Shown one piece after another: positions 11,640 through 21,353 of a stretch of 64,000 nucleotides of DNA; within the stretch, counting starts at the first letter, position 1; the number at the start of each line of letters is the position of its first letter. The stretch comes from an uncultured bacterium (GTDB taxonomy: Bacteria > Actinomycetota > Geothermincolia > Geothermincolales > Geothermincolaceae), in assembly GCA_963814495.1 (NCBI GenBank), contig CAWFDJ010000016.1, positions 96,665-160,664 on the forward strand, in the 5' to 3' direction. The position numbers and the translations under genes are program-made. The notes under the pieces were generated by a model. The model made no database searches. It had not been told where the DNA came from and saw only the letters and a program-made list of their open reading frames with translations.

Positions 11640-11742
11640 CCCATCGCTTCGACCCTGGCTATCTTCTCGCTCTCCGGGGGATGGATGTCTAAGAATGCGG
11701 AGGAAAAGGCGGAGGGGCCGACCAACCGCTTCTGCGGCTGGG

Positions 11743-12373
11743 TCATCTCCTCATAAAGCGATAATCTCGCCGGTCTATGCATGACTCGTAGAGCCGCTTA
11801 TCGATGGTGATCCAATCAGTTCCATTGATACCTCTCTTGTTCCTGCTGTTCGCACCGACCGGAAACGCCGAGGCGGCTTTAATCCATCGATTCTGTGCCA
11901 TCGAAATGGACTTGATCTCATCAACGGCCTCAGTTAGGTCCTGATCCTGGCTGAATATCAAAGCGACGTCATAGAGCGACGCCCGCGCCATCTTTACCAC
12001 ATCCAGGGCAAGGCGGACATCGATTCCTTTCTCCTGCCCTATTCTAATAGACACTTCTCCACATCTCGGGCATCTGAAGGTCCTGTTCCTGTACCTCAGG
12101 GTCCTGGAAAAAGTCTCAATACCGCTGTTCTTCATCGTAGCGAGCTTAGCAGTCCAGAAGCGATTACGGTCATGGTCTTCCGTTATATCCGGAATCCCCG
12201 TATAGAAGAATATCCTGTCGAGATTCCACCCTTTGATGCTGCGATATCGCGTCGGCCAGCTTCATAGGATCATAGTTAGGGTAGCTGTAATCGAATGCTT
12301 CCTTCGCCGCATAGAAAAGGTTCTGGCCATCGAGGAAAGCAAATGCTCTTTTCTCTTCCGGTTCAGAAGGCAT
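11743..12373 (-). CDS. NYN (LabA-like) domain protein with zinc-ribbon-like insert (frameshift near 12180); lower G+C than flanks
   Basis: ORF 12170..12373 (KRAFAFLDGQNLFYAAKEAF) plus ORF 11743..12135 (CPRCGE, GIDVRLALDV, IFSQDQDL). Confidence 0.65.
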
Positions 12374-12382
12374 GATCTCTCC

Positions 12383-12412
12383 AAAAAATAACCCCGCCGA
12401 AGGCCTTTCGGC
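12383..12412 (-). terminator. Rho-independent terminator downstream of the SDR gene
   Basis: Hairpin GCCGAAGGCCTTTCGGC (12396-12412). On the minus strand it is followed by GGGGTTATTTTTTGG. Confidence 0.6.
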
Positions 12413-12583
12413 ATCTTCAGCGGGGAGCAGTTCCTAACATCATATTCTCTCTGGCCTCTATGTTTGTCAAGGATCCCCCACAGGGCCCCTTCCCGATCTT
12501 ACTCTTAATACATTCAGTTCACCGACTTGTTCATTGTACATTTTGTTAAGGACAAATCAGCGGGCGCTGAGGACTTTCCGCGC

Positions 12584-13457
12584 TCACATCAGGCCCCGCC
12601 TGGCGAACCACATGAAGAGGGGCCGGTCCCAGCCGCGCCGGGTGAGAAAAGCCAGTTCGCGGTAGAGCAGGTTCGGGGTGAAGCGGGCGTTGAGCCAGGT
12701 GATGTAGTTGCCCGCCCCCACCACGGCGTAGAGGCGGTTGCGGTCCACGGCGCGCAGGGCGCGGCGCACCAGTTCCTCCGGGGTTATGGAGGTGTTACGC
12801 ATGGCCGTGGTGATCAGTTCCATCTCGTAGTCGACGTCGAAGTCGAGCAGGTCCCCCGCCGCCTCGATGGTGTGGTCGATGATGCCCGTCTTCACCACCG
12901 GCGGGCAGACCACGGTGACCCCGATGTTGAAGGGGGCCAGCTCGCCGTAGAGGGTCTGGGAGAGGGAGACCACCGCCGCCTTGGTGACGTTGTAGGGCCC
13001 GACGCGGGGGACCGAGTAGAGGCCGGCGGCGCTGGAGACGTTGACGATGTAGCCGCCCCCGGCCGCCTTCATACGGGGGATGTGGGCGTGGCAGCCGTGG
13101 ACGGCCCCCAGGAGGTTGACGCCGATGATCTTCTCCCAGCCCTCGATGGGCACCTCCCCCACCGAGCCGCCGCCCCCCAGGCCGGCGTTGTTGACCAGCA
13201 TGCCCACCCTGCCCCAGAGGCTCCAGAAGTGCTCGGCCGCCGCCTCCACCTGCGCCAGGTCGCTCACGTCGCAGGGGAAGGCCTCGCCCGAGCCGCCGGC
13301 CTGTTCCACCAGCTCGAGGGTGCGTGCGGCACCTTCCGATGTCCACGTCCAGCAGCCCCACCTTGCAGCCCCGCGCCGTCAGCGCCAGGGCGAAGGCCCG
13401 GCCCAGCCCGGAGCCGGCGCCGGTGATCACCGCGGTCTTCTCGTACTTGTGAGCCAT
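12584..13457 (-). CDS. Short-chain dehydrogenase/reductase (SDR) (frameshift near 13330)
   Basis: MAHKYEKTAVITGAGSGLGRAFA (TGxxxGxG), NNAG and the Y-x3-K motif in PYNVTKAAV. Confidence 0.8.
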
Positions 13458-13489
13458 GCGTCTCCTCCTCCCGCGAGGGCGGCCCCGCC

Positions 13490-14062
13490 TCACTTCCTCA
13501 GCTTCAGGAGATACCCCTTGCGCCCGGCGATGCCGTCGAGGATGCCGTGGAGCACCTTCGCCCTGCCCTTGGGGTCCAGGCCCTCCGCCGAGCGCCGCGC
13601 CTTCTCCAGGGCCTTCCTGATCTCACCCGGCTCCATGACCGTCGCGGCTATGCAGTAGTAGCTCTTGGAGCGCCCGTCGTTGAAGTCGCGCAGCATCTCC
13701 TCGAGCAACGCTTCCCTGGCCTGCTGCTCCTTCTCGAACCGGACCACGCCGTTTCCCCTTATGAAGGCGATGTCCCTCTCCTGGGCCTGATAGCACTTGA
13801 AGGAATCGTGACGCTTGCCGTATTCCCGGTGCTTTCTCCACTTCTCGCAAGTCGCGTTGTCGTCGCACTCCCAGCAGAACTCCACCCCCTTGCGCTTGAC
13901 GGCGCAGTTGATGATGGAGCAGGCGGCGCCCATGCGGTATTCGCTCTTGCATCCCTCGCAGGGGCTTTCACCTCCCGAGTGATAGGAGGGGCAGAGCCGG
14001 CAGCCCAGGCCGCATACGCCTACCAGCGGGTACCTGATCCACGGAAACTGGTCCTTTATCAT
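13490..14062 (-). CDS. Cys-rich DUF3795-like protein (intact)
   Basis: 190-aa ORF with CGLGCRLCPSYH...CEGCKSEY...CSIINCAVKRKGVEFCWEC. Family recalled from memory. Confidence 0.55.
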   Translation of the reverse strand: MIKDQFPWIRYPLVGVCGLGCRLCPSYHSGGESPCEGCKSEYRMGAACSIINCAVKRKGVEFCWECDDNATCEKWRKHREYGKRHDSFKCYQAQERDIAFIRGNGVVRFEKEQQAREALLEEMLRDFNDGRSKSYYCIAATVMEPGEIRKALEKARRSAEGLDPKGRAKVLHGILDGIAGRKGYLLKLRK

Positions 14063-14126
14063 GTATCAAGTCTACCGTAACCCGGGCGAGCCTGCTCGTC
14101 CTCGACCGCCCGCGATGTATAAAAGA

Positions 14127-14153
14127 ATCCGGCCTTCGGGGTGAAGGCCGGAT
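14127..14153 (-). terminator. Rho-independent terminator after the lipoprotein/ABC operon
   Basis: ATCCGGCCTTC-ggggt-GAAGGCCGGAT. On the minus strand it is followed by TCTTTTAT. Confidence 0.6.
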
Positions 14154-14173
14154 CCGCTTCTCGGTCTCGCGTT

Positions 14174-14774
14174 CTACTGGGACTGGCCGGGCGGGGTGCC
14201 CGAGGGCGCCTGCATGGTCCCTTCGGCGATCCTGATCATGGTGCCGCTTGAGCCCTGCATCCCCGCGCCGACGGCTATCGACATGGTGGTGTCGTTCACC
14301 TTGAAGGTGAAGACCGTCTGCGAGCTGCCGTCAGGGCCGGCCGTGCCGGTGGTCTCGGCAAAACCGTCCATGCCCGAGAGTTGCCCGCGGTACCATTCGG
14401 TCACCACGTCCACCGCGTCGGTGGTGGTGTACATCACCATGGACATGCCGCCGGACGGGGGGTCCGCCGGACGGGGGCGTGCCGCCCTGCATGTTACCAC
14501 CTGACGGTGGAGTCCCGCCGGACGGGGGCGTACCGCCTCCGGGCCCGCCCGCCTGCATGGTCTGCTTCTCGGCGCCCGGGTAGATGGGCACGCCGGTCAG
14601 GTCGGGCTCGCTCACCGTCCCGCCCTGCATGCCGCCCTGCACCCCCTGCTGCGTCGATTCCGCGGCCTGCTGCCCCGAGTCGCCCGCCTGGCCGGAAGAA
14701 CCGCCGCATCCCGCGAGCAGCGCCATGCCGGCCAGCAGAACGGTCGCCGCCAATACTCCTATTGTCCGCTTCAT
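14174..14774 (-). CDS. Lipoprotein with GGTPPSG repeats (frameshift near 14460)
   Basis: MKRTIGVLAATVLLAGMALLAGC lipobox and GGTPPSG x3. The C-terminal domain is in ORF 14174..14500. There is an ATGA overlap with the ATPase gene. Confidence 0.6.
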
Positions 14775-15490
14775 TCATTACCTCCTGTATCACTCGTGTC
14801 TCTCGTGTCTATCCCTTCCAGCTTGCCGTCCTGCATATGGTAAGCCCAGTCCGCGACGTCCAGGATGCTCTCGTCGTGCGTGATGATGATCACGCACTTA
14901 CCGTCGCGATGGGCCAGATTGACCAGGATGTCCACCACGTTCCGGCCCGTGGCGGTGTCCAGGTTGCCGGTGGGTTCGTCCGCCAGGATGACGTCCGGGT
15001 CGTTGGCCAGAGCCCGGGCGATGGCCACGCGCTGCTTCTCGCCGCCGCTCATCTTGTTGGCCCGGGCCTTCTGCAGCCTCCCGTCGATGCCCACCCGCTC
15101 CAGCAGCTCTTCCGCCCGGCGGCGCTGCTCCGCCGCCGGCACTCCTTCCAGGTCCATGGGGAGCATCACGTTCTCCAGGGCTGTCAGCGCGGTGATCAGG
15201 TTGAAGAACTGGAAGACGAAGCCGATGCTCTCGCGCCGGTAGGTGATGAGGTCGGCCGAGCTCGCGCAGATGTCCTCCCCGAACACCTGGATCTCGCCCG
15301 AGTCGGGCTTCTCCAGGGAGCCCAGCAGGTAGAGCAGGGTGGTCTTGCCGGAGCCGGAGGGCCCCACGATCACCGTCACCTCTCCCTTGCGGGCCTTGAA
15401 GCTCACGCCGTCCACCGCTTTGACGTCGCCCGACTTGGCCTTGAAGGTCTTGCTGACGTCCACTATCTCCAAAAGGTCCTGCATATCCAT
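14771..15490 (-). CDS. MacB/LolD-type ABC transporter ATP-binding protein
   Basis: MDMQDLLEIVDVSKTF, GPSGSGKTTLL, MSGGEKQRVAIARAL and ILADEPTGNLD. RBS GGAGGT. Confidence 0.85.
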   Translation of the reverse strand: MDMQDLLEIVDVSKTFKAKSGDVKAVDGVSFKARKGEVTVIVGPSGSGKTTLLYLLGSLEKPDSGEIQVFGEDICASSADLITYRRESIGFVFQFFNLITALTALENVMLPMDLEGVPAAEQRRRAEELLERVGIDGRLQKARANKMSGGEKQRVAIARALANDPDVILADEPTGNLDTATGRNVVDILVNLAHRDGKCVIIITHDESILDVADWAYHMQDGKLEGIDTRDTSDTGGNE

Positions 15491-15495
15491 ACCTC

Positions 15496-17028
15496 CTATT
15501 CCATGCTCAGTACCCGGGCGGGCCGCAACCGCGTTATCCACACCACCGGCACGGCCATCCCCAGCAGGCTTAAGAAGAAGAGGATGAGGATGCCGTAGAG
15601 GAAGAGGCCCCCGCGGTAGACCACGTTGAGGTCGGTGTCGGTGTTGGAGGTGTCCGCTGTGATGTAGAGGCTGCCGCCGTCGCCGGCCATGCCGGGAGGC
15701 CCACCCACCATCATGCCGCCGGGTCCCCCCTGGGTGCCGTTGGTCGCCACCTGGGTCTCCGTCTGCGCCTGGGCGGTGTCGTTCCCGCTCATCAGCCAGT
15801 CGCCCAGCTTCTGCCCGACGATGGCGGTGACCCCGGTGGCCAGGACGATGGACACCAGGCAGATGCACACCACCTCCACGGCGAACTGTACGATGACCTG
15901 CCGGTCGGTGGCGCCGATGGCCTTGAGCACACCCAGCTCCCGGGTGCGGCCGCCCACGATGATGGCCATGGCCAGGATGATGATGAGGGCGCAGGCGCCC
16001 AGGGCGCCCAGCAAGCCGATGGTCGATGTCTTGGCCGTCTTCTGCAGGGGGTCGGCGATGGTGCTGTAGTCCTCGTAGTCGGTCGAGAACTCGTACTTCG
16101 TCGTCGCCCCCGGTGTCCGCAGTGAAGGCCGCCTGCAGCTCGTCGGTGGAGTCGACGCTGTCGAAGTAGTAGGAGCCCAGCGAGACGTACCCCTCCGCGC
16201 CGGCCAGTTCCTGCACCACCGAGAGGGGGGCGTAGAAGGTGTTGCCGGCCGGGTTGAAGGCGGCGAACTCGCTGTTCTCGGCCTGCTCCTCCGACTGCAC
16301 GGTCTGGTAGATGCCCACGATGGTCAGGTCCACCTCGGCCGCCTTGCCGCTCAAGCCGCTGATGGTGGCGGTGACGGTGTCGCCCAGCGCCAGCTCGTTG
16401 GTCTCGGCCATGTTCTCCTCGATGATCACCACCGGGTTGGCCTCCAGGTAGTCCTTGTAGGTGTAGAAGGAGCCTTCCACCAGGACCTTGTCCCCGGTGA
16501 GGAAGTCGGCGGCGGAGGCACCGTTGGTGTTGCCCTCGAAGGTGAAGGAGGAGGAGGATATGCTCGGGCCGCCCTCTCCTCCGCGCATCTCGTTGCGCAT
16601 TCCCAGCATGGACTGCATGGCCGTGTTCTCGATGTCGTCCAGCGCGACGGACTGGGTCAGCACCTTGTCGTAGGTGGCCACGGCCGGGTCGCCGGCCAGG
16701 AGGTCGGCGGTCTCCTCCGGCACCAGGAACAGGGTGCGCTGGGCCTGTATCTGCTCCTCGGTCATGGTGCGCGACTGCGACATGCCGCTCGCTCTCGTCC
16801 ATGGAGCGCAGCTCCTCGAAGTAGCTCATCTGGTAGTCGGAGCTGACGGCTGATCTCGCCGTAGTTGCCGACGCTCTGCTTGACCTCCTCGATCTGGCTG
16901 TCGGCCGCCAGCTTCACCGCCAGCATGGACAGGGAGAAGGTGAGGCAGATGAAGAGCAGGAGCACCACCACCAGGTTGCGCAGGGGGTGGCGGTAGAAGT
17001 TCCGGAAGCCTCGCTTGATGGAACGCAT
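15496..17028 (-). CDS. FtsX/MacB-type ABC permease with large extracytoplasmic domain (at least 3 frame changes)
   Basis: N-terminal TM segment in ORF 16762..17028. Periplasmic domain in the N-terminus of ORF 14771..16783. C-terminal FtsX TM bundle in ORF 15496..16014. Confidence 0.75.
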
Positions 17029-17042
17029 CTTGCCCGACCCCC

Positions 17043-17802
17043 TTACCCGGCGAAGCCGGCCAGGCTGATCTCCACGCTCTCGGCCGTTTCGGTGTCGTAG
17101 ATGATCAGGGTGGCGCCGTCCAGGGTGAAGTCCGCGTTGGCGTCGATGCTCAGGGGGTTGAGGTCGTAGAAGAGGAAGACCTCGTCCACGCTCTCCCCGT
17201 CCCGCAGCACGTAGCTGACCTGCTGCAGGGTGGAGGTGTCGAGGAGGCTGGCCGAGATGGTGTTGGTCTTGACGTACCCGCCGTAGGTGGTGGTGTTGCC
17301 GTAATAGTCGTCGTAGGAGGAGGCGTCGATGGCCGTCGAGTAGAGCCGGAAGGAGAAGCCGGAGAGGTCGGCCAGCTCACCGGACGCGTTGGTGACGGCC
17401 AGGTCGATCTGGAGGAAGTCGCCGTCCAGCTCGCGGGTGTTCCCGCTGACCACCTCGGAGTTGCTGTCGGACCGGGTCACGCCGGTGATGGTGAAGTTGA
17501 CGTCCTCCAGGGTGACCCCTTCCTGGTGCGAACCGGCGGCCGCGGTGGTGGTCTTTTGGTGCTGGTGGTGCCGCTGCTCGAAGTCGTGCGGTGTTCGTGG
17601 TGGTGCCGGTGGTCGCGGTGGAGGTCTGGCTGACCGACTCCGCGGTGGTCCCCGGCGGCAGCTTGGTGCTGCCGGTCGATTCCGAGGAACCGGAGTCGCC
17701 GCCGCAGGACACCGCCGCCAGCGCCACGGCCGCCAGCACCAGCAGGACGGGCACCAGCTTCAGCGCCCGCACCCAGGCCGCTCTTTTCGTGTTCGGTCTC
17801 AT
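17043..17802 (-). CDS. Lipoprotein with beta-rich (DUF4352/Ig-like) domain (frameshifted)
   Basis: Lipobox LAAVSCGG (ORF 17377..17802), a Thr/Ser-rich linker, and the domain in ORF 17043..17480 (LQIDLAVTNASG...). Confidence 0.5.
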
Positions 17803-17951
17803 CCGTCGCTCCTTTCCATCGCGTATCGCGTTTCTTACTCCTTCAGGCTAACAACGGGGGTTTAGGCCTTTATGGGTGAATGATGTGGAAAATGTTAAAT
17901 CTCGGCCTCGGAAAGAAGTAAAGAATCGGGACCGTGCCGGGGGTAACGGTT

Positions 17952-19046
17952 TCAGGCGAGGGGGAGGGTGAAGGTGATGACGGCGCCCTTGCCGGGCTCG
18001 CTCTCCACGCCGATGCTCCCGCCCTGCGCCTCCACCAGCCCCTTGGCGATGGAGAGGCCCAGGCCGCTGCCGCCGGTGTCCCGGGTCCGCGACTTGTCGG
18101 TGCGGTAGAAGCGCTCGAAGACGTTGGGGAGTTCCTCCGCCGGGATGCCCGGGCCGGTATCGGACACCGAGAAGCCGACTTCCTTCCCGGCCGCCCTGGC
18201 CCGCAGGGTGACGGTGCCCCCTTCCGGCGTGTACTGCAGGGCGTTGCGCAGCAGGTTGCCCAGGACCTGCGAGAGCCTGCAGCTGGTCGGCCATGACCGC
18301 GGGGAGGTCCGGCACGGTGTCCAGCTCCAGGGCCACCCCCTTCTCCGTAGAAGTCCCGCTCCAGGCCGGCGGCGGCCGCGCGCAGGGCTTCCACCGGGTC
18401 CACCGGCATCAGGTCGAGCTCCACCTGCCCGGCGTCCACCAGGGCCAGCTGCCGCAGGTCCTCCACCAGGCGGGTGAGCAGGTGGTTGTTGCGGATGAGC
18501 ACCTCCAGCACCTCCGGGTCGAGCCGGATGACCCCGTCCTCCAGGGCCTCCAGGTTGCCCCGCTGGGCCGCCAGGGGGTTGCGCAGCTCGTGGGAGATGT
18601 CGGCGATCATGTTCTTGCGCAGCTGTTCGTTGCGCTCGAGGCCCTCGGAGAGGGCGTTGAAGGCCGCGCCCAGCTCCTCCACCTCGTCGGTGCCGCGCAC
18701 CTCCACCCGCTCTGCCGTATTCCCCGTCGGCGATGCTCCGCGTGGCCTCGGTCAGCTCGGAGATGGGGTGGGAGATGCGGTTGGCGAAATACCAGCTCAG
18801 CAGGAAGGCGAGCAGCACCCCCAGCAGCCCGGTGAGGATGTAGCTGTAGTTGACCACGTCGATCCGCTCCCGCTTGGCGTCCTCCCATTCCGGGGGCATG
18901 CCGCCCATCGGCTCCGGCGGCGGCTCCATCCTGGGCATCTCCTCGAAGGCGTGCTCGAACTGCCGGCGCACCAGGTAGTTGGTGATCAGCGAGAAGGACA
19001 GGATGGTTATGAGGGTGACGGCCAGGATGACCAGGAACAGCTCCAT
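17952..19046 (-). CDS. Sensor histidine kinase (3 frames; start 19046 or 19115)
   Basis: TM and HAMP N-terminus. H-box [12 protein letters not shown] and G boxes [23 protein letters not shown] and [12 protein letters not shown]. Confidence 0.8.
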   Translation of the reverse strand: MELFLVILAVTLITILSFSLITNYLVRRQFEHAFEEMPRMEPPPEPMGGMPPEWEDAKRERIDVVNYSYILTGLLGVLLAFLLSWYFANRISHPISELTEATRSIADGEYGRAGGGARHRRGGGAGRGLQRPLRGPRAQRTAAQEHDRRHLPRAAQPPGGPAGQPGGPGGRGHPARPGGAGGAHPQQPPAHPPGGGPAAAGPGGRRAGGARPDAGGPGGSPARGRRRPGAGLLRRRGWPWSWTPCRTSPRSWPTSCRLSQVLGNLLRNALQYTPEGGTVTLRARAAGKEVGFSVSDTGPGIPAEELPNVFERFYRTDKSRTRDTGGSGLGLSIAKGLVEAQGGSIGVESEPGKGAVITFTLPLA

Positions 19047-19062
19047 CCTCAGGCTGAACAGC

Positions 19063-19758
19063 TTATTCGACTTCCTTGGCTTCGAACCGGTACCCGGCTC
19101 CGTAGACCGTTTCAATGAAACTCCATTCCTCCGCCGCTTCCTTCAGTTTCCTGCGGATGTTCTTGACGTGGGTGTCGACGTTGCGGTCGTAGCCGTCGTA
19201 ATCGTCGCCCAGCGCCAGGGAGATGAGCTCCTCGCGCGAGTAGACCCGCCCCGGCTGAGCGGCCAGGACGGTGAGGATGCCCAGTTCCATGGGGGTGAGG
19301 GCGACCTCGCTCCCCCCGACGCTCACCCGGTGGCTCGCCGAGTCGATGACCAGCGGGCCCGCGGTGATGATGGCCCGCTCCTCCGCGGATATCTGGTGGC
19401 GGCGCAGTACCGCGCGGACCCTGGCCACCAGTTCCCGCGGGCTGAAGGGCTTGACCACGTAGTCGTCCGCCCCGAACTCCAGGCCGGCCAGCCGGTCGTC
19501 CTCCTCGGAAAGGGCCGAGAGGATGATGATGGGCACCGCCGAGTCCTTCCTCACCAGCCGGCAGAACTCCAGGCCGTCCAGGCCGGGCATGAGGATGTCC
19601 AGCACGATGAGGTCGGGCCGGTGCTCCCTCCACAGCTCCAGGGCCGCCTCGCCGTCGTAGGCCTCGAGGGTGGGGTAGCCCTCCTTCTCCAGGTAGGCCC
19701 GGACGAAGTCCACGATGTCGCGCTCGTCGTCGACGATGAGTATCTTCTCTTCCCGCAT
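19063..19758 (-). CDS. OmpR-family response regulator (intact)
   Basis: ILIVDDERDIV, LIVLDILMPGLDG and the winged-helix tail ...VYGAGYRF. Confidence 0.9.
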   Translation of the reverse strand: MREEKILIVDDERDIVDFVRAYLEKEGYPTLEAYDGEAALELWREHRPDLIVLDILMPGLDGLEFCRLVRKDSAVPIIILSALSEEDDRLAGLEFGADDYVVKPFSPRELVARVRAVLRRHQISAEERAIITAGPLVIDSASHRVSVGGSEVALTPMELGILTVLAAQPGRVYSREELISLALGDDYDGYDRNVDTHVKNIRRKLKEAAEEWSFIETVYGAGYRFEAKEVE

Positions 19759-19958
19759 CGATTCTCCCTGGTCCTGGCGCATACTCTATTCTTACTCCAT
19801 TTTCCATCAAGACATACAGATGTTAAGCATTTATGAAGAGAAGGGGCCCACGGAAACCCCCTTGAAAAATATTCGCCTAGTTCCCATGTTTAATTCCTTG
19901 TGTTTTTATGTATACTATATTTAGAGATGCATATATTAGTCCGGAGGGAGTGTTTGGT

Positions 19959-20816
19959 TTGGGGAAAATCGGCATCGTCACTGATAGCACCGCGTACCTC
20001 GACGAGGACTTCGTCAGGGATAACGACATCAAGGTGGTGCCCCTGAAGGTCATCTTCGGGAACGAGTCCTTCGACGAGGGCATAGACATCACCTACGAGG
20101 AGTTCTTCCGCCGGCTGAAGGAGGCCCCCGAGCTGCCCACCACTTCCTCGCCGTCGCTGGGGGAGTTCAAGAAGGCCTACGAGGAGATGGCTGAAAAGTA
20201 CGACGAGATCATCTCCATCCACATCGCCGCGGGCATCAGCGGCACGGTGGACATGGCCCGCTCCGCCGCCAGCCAGGTGGAGGGATGCCGCATCGAGGTA
20301 GTGGACTCCCGCTCCATCTCCCTGGCCATCATGGTGATGATCCAGAACATGCTGGAGGGGATCAAGGAGGGGATGAGCTTCGACGACGTGCTCCAGCGGG
20401 TACAGAAAGTCATCAAGAACTTCAAGATATACTTCATCGTGGATACCCTCGAGTACCTGCGTAAGGGTGGGAGGATCGGGGGGGCCCAGGCCTTCATCGG
20501 CAGCATGCTCAAGTTCAAGCCCATCCTCACCCTGGACGGCACCATCGACGCCCTGGAGAGGGTCAGGGGCACCCAGAAGGCGATGGCCCGCGTCCTGGAG
20601 ATAGCCCTCGGCGACCTGCACGGGCGCAAGGCCATCGTGGGGGTCTCCCACATCCGCAACCCGGAAGGCGGGCTGGAGCTGAAGGACAAGGCGGCCGAGG
20701 CGCTGGGTTACGACGTAAACGATCTCCTCTTCAACGAGACCGGCCCGGTCATCGGGACCCACACCGGCCCGGGGCTGCTGGCGCTGGGTTACGTGCCGAA
20801 GGAAGCGCTGGCTTAA
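19959..20816 (+). CDS. DegV family fatty-acid-binding protein (intact)
   Basis: TTG 19959 follows GGAGGGAG. KIGIVTDSTAYL..., GISGT, LRKGGRIG. Confidence 0.8.
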   Translation: MGKIGIVTDSTAYLDEDFVRDNDIKVVPLKVIFGNESFDEGIDITYEEFFRRLKEAPELPTTSSPSLGEFKKAYEEMAEKYDEIISIHIAAGISGTVDMARSAASQVEGCRIEVVDSRSISLAIMVMIQNMLEGIKEGMSFDDVLQRVQKVIKNFKIYFIVDTLEYLRKGGRIGGAQAFIGSMLKFKPILTLDGTIDALERVRGTQKAMARVLEIALGDLHGRKAIVGVSHIRNPEGGLELKDKAAEALGYDVNDLLFNETGPVIGTHTGPGLLALGYVPKEALA

Positions 20817-20888
20817 CACTGTATCTATTTCCTTGCATCCATGCTACACTGTGTGAGTATTGGTTTTTTCTGTAGGATCGAGAATCTT

Positions 20889-20920
20889 CCCGAGGGGACC
20901 GAACCCTCGGGATTTTTTTT
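20889..20920 (+). terminator. Rho-independent terminator after degV-like gene, abutting the RBS of the next gene
   Basis: CCCGAGGG-gaccgaa-CCCTCGGG followed by ATTTTTTTT. Confidence 0.75.
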
Positions 20921-20938
20921 GGAAAGGAGGTGAAAAAT

Positions 20939-21211
20939 ATGAGGATATACGTGGGAAATCTGAGTTACTCAGTGACTTCCGAGGATTTGCGGACGGCATT
21001 TGAGGAGTATGGTACGGTTGATTCGGCAGAGGTCGTAATGGATCGTGACACCAACAGGTCCAAGGGGTTCGGGTTCACGGAGCTGGCCAACGACGAGGAG
21101 GCCAAGGCAGCCATCGCCGGCTTGAACGGCAAGGATATGGACGGACGCTCTCTCAATGTCAGTGAAGCCCGGCCCAAGAGAACCGACTCGAGAAGTTCGT
21201 ACCGCTACTAG
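20939..21211 (+). CDS. RRM-type RNA-binding protein
   Basis: RBS GGAAAGGAGG. RNP-2 IYVGNL and RNP-1 KGFGFTEL. Confidence 0.85.
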   Translation: MRIYVGNLSYSVTSEDLRTAFEEYGTVDSAEVVMDRDTNRSKGFGFTELANDEEAKAAIAGLNGKDMDGRSLNVSEARPKRTDSRSSYRY

Positions 21212-21353
21212 AACCTGGTATCCCGGGGTCCTCACGATCCGGGAAACCGGTAGCGGGAATAGAGTGGAGATCGCGTATCTTCACTCTTTTCTTTGTGCCG
21301 CACCCTTTGTGCTACACTTTTTTCGAGGGATAGTTGCGCGGAAGAGGTGGGCG

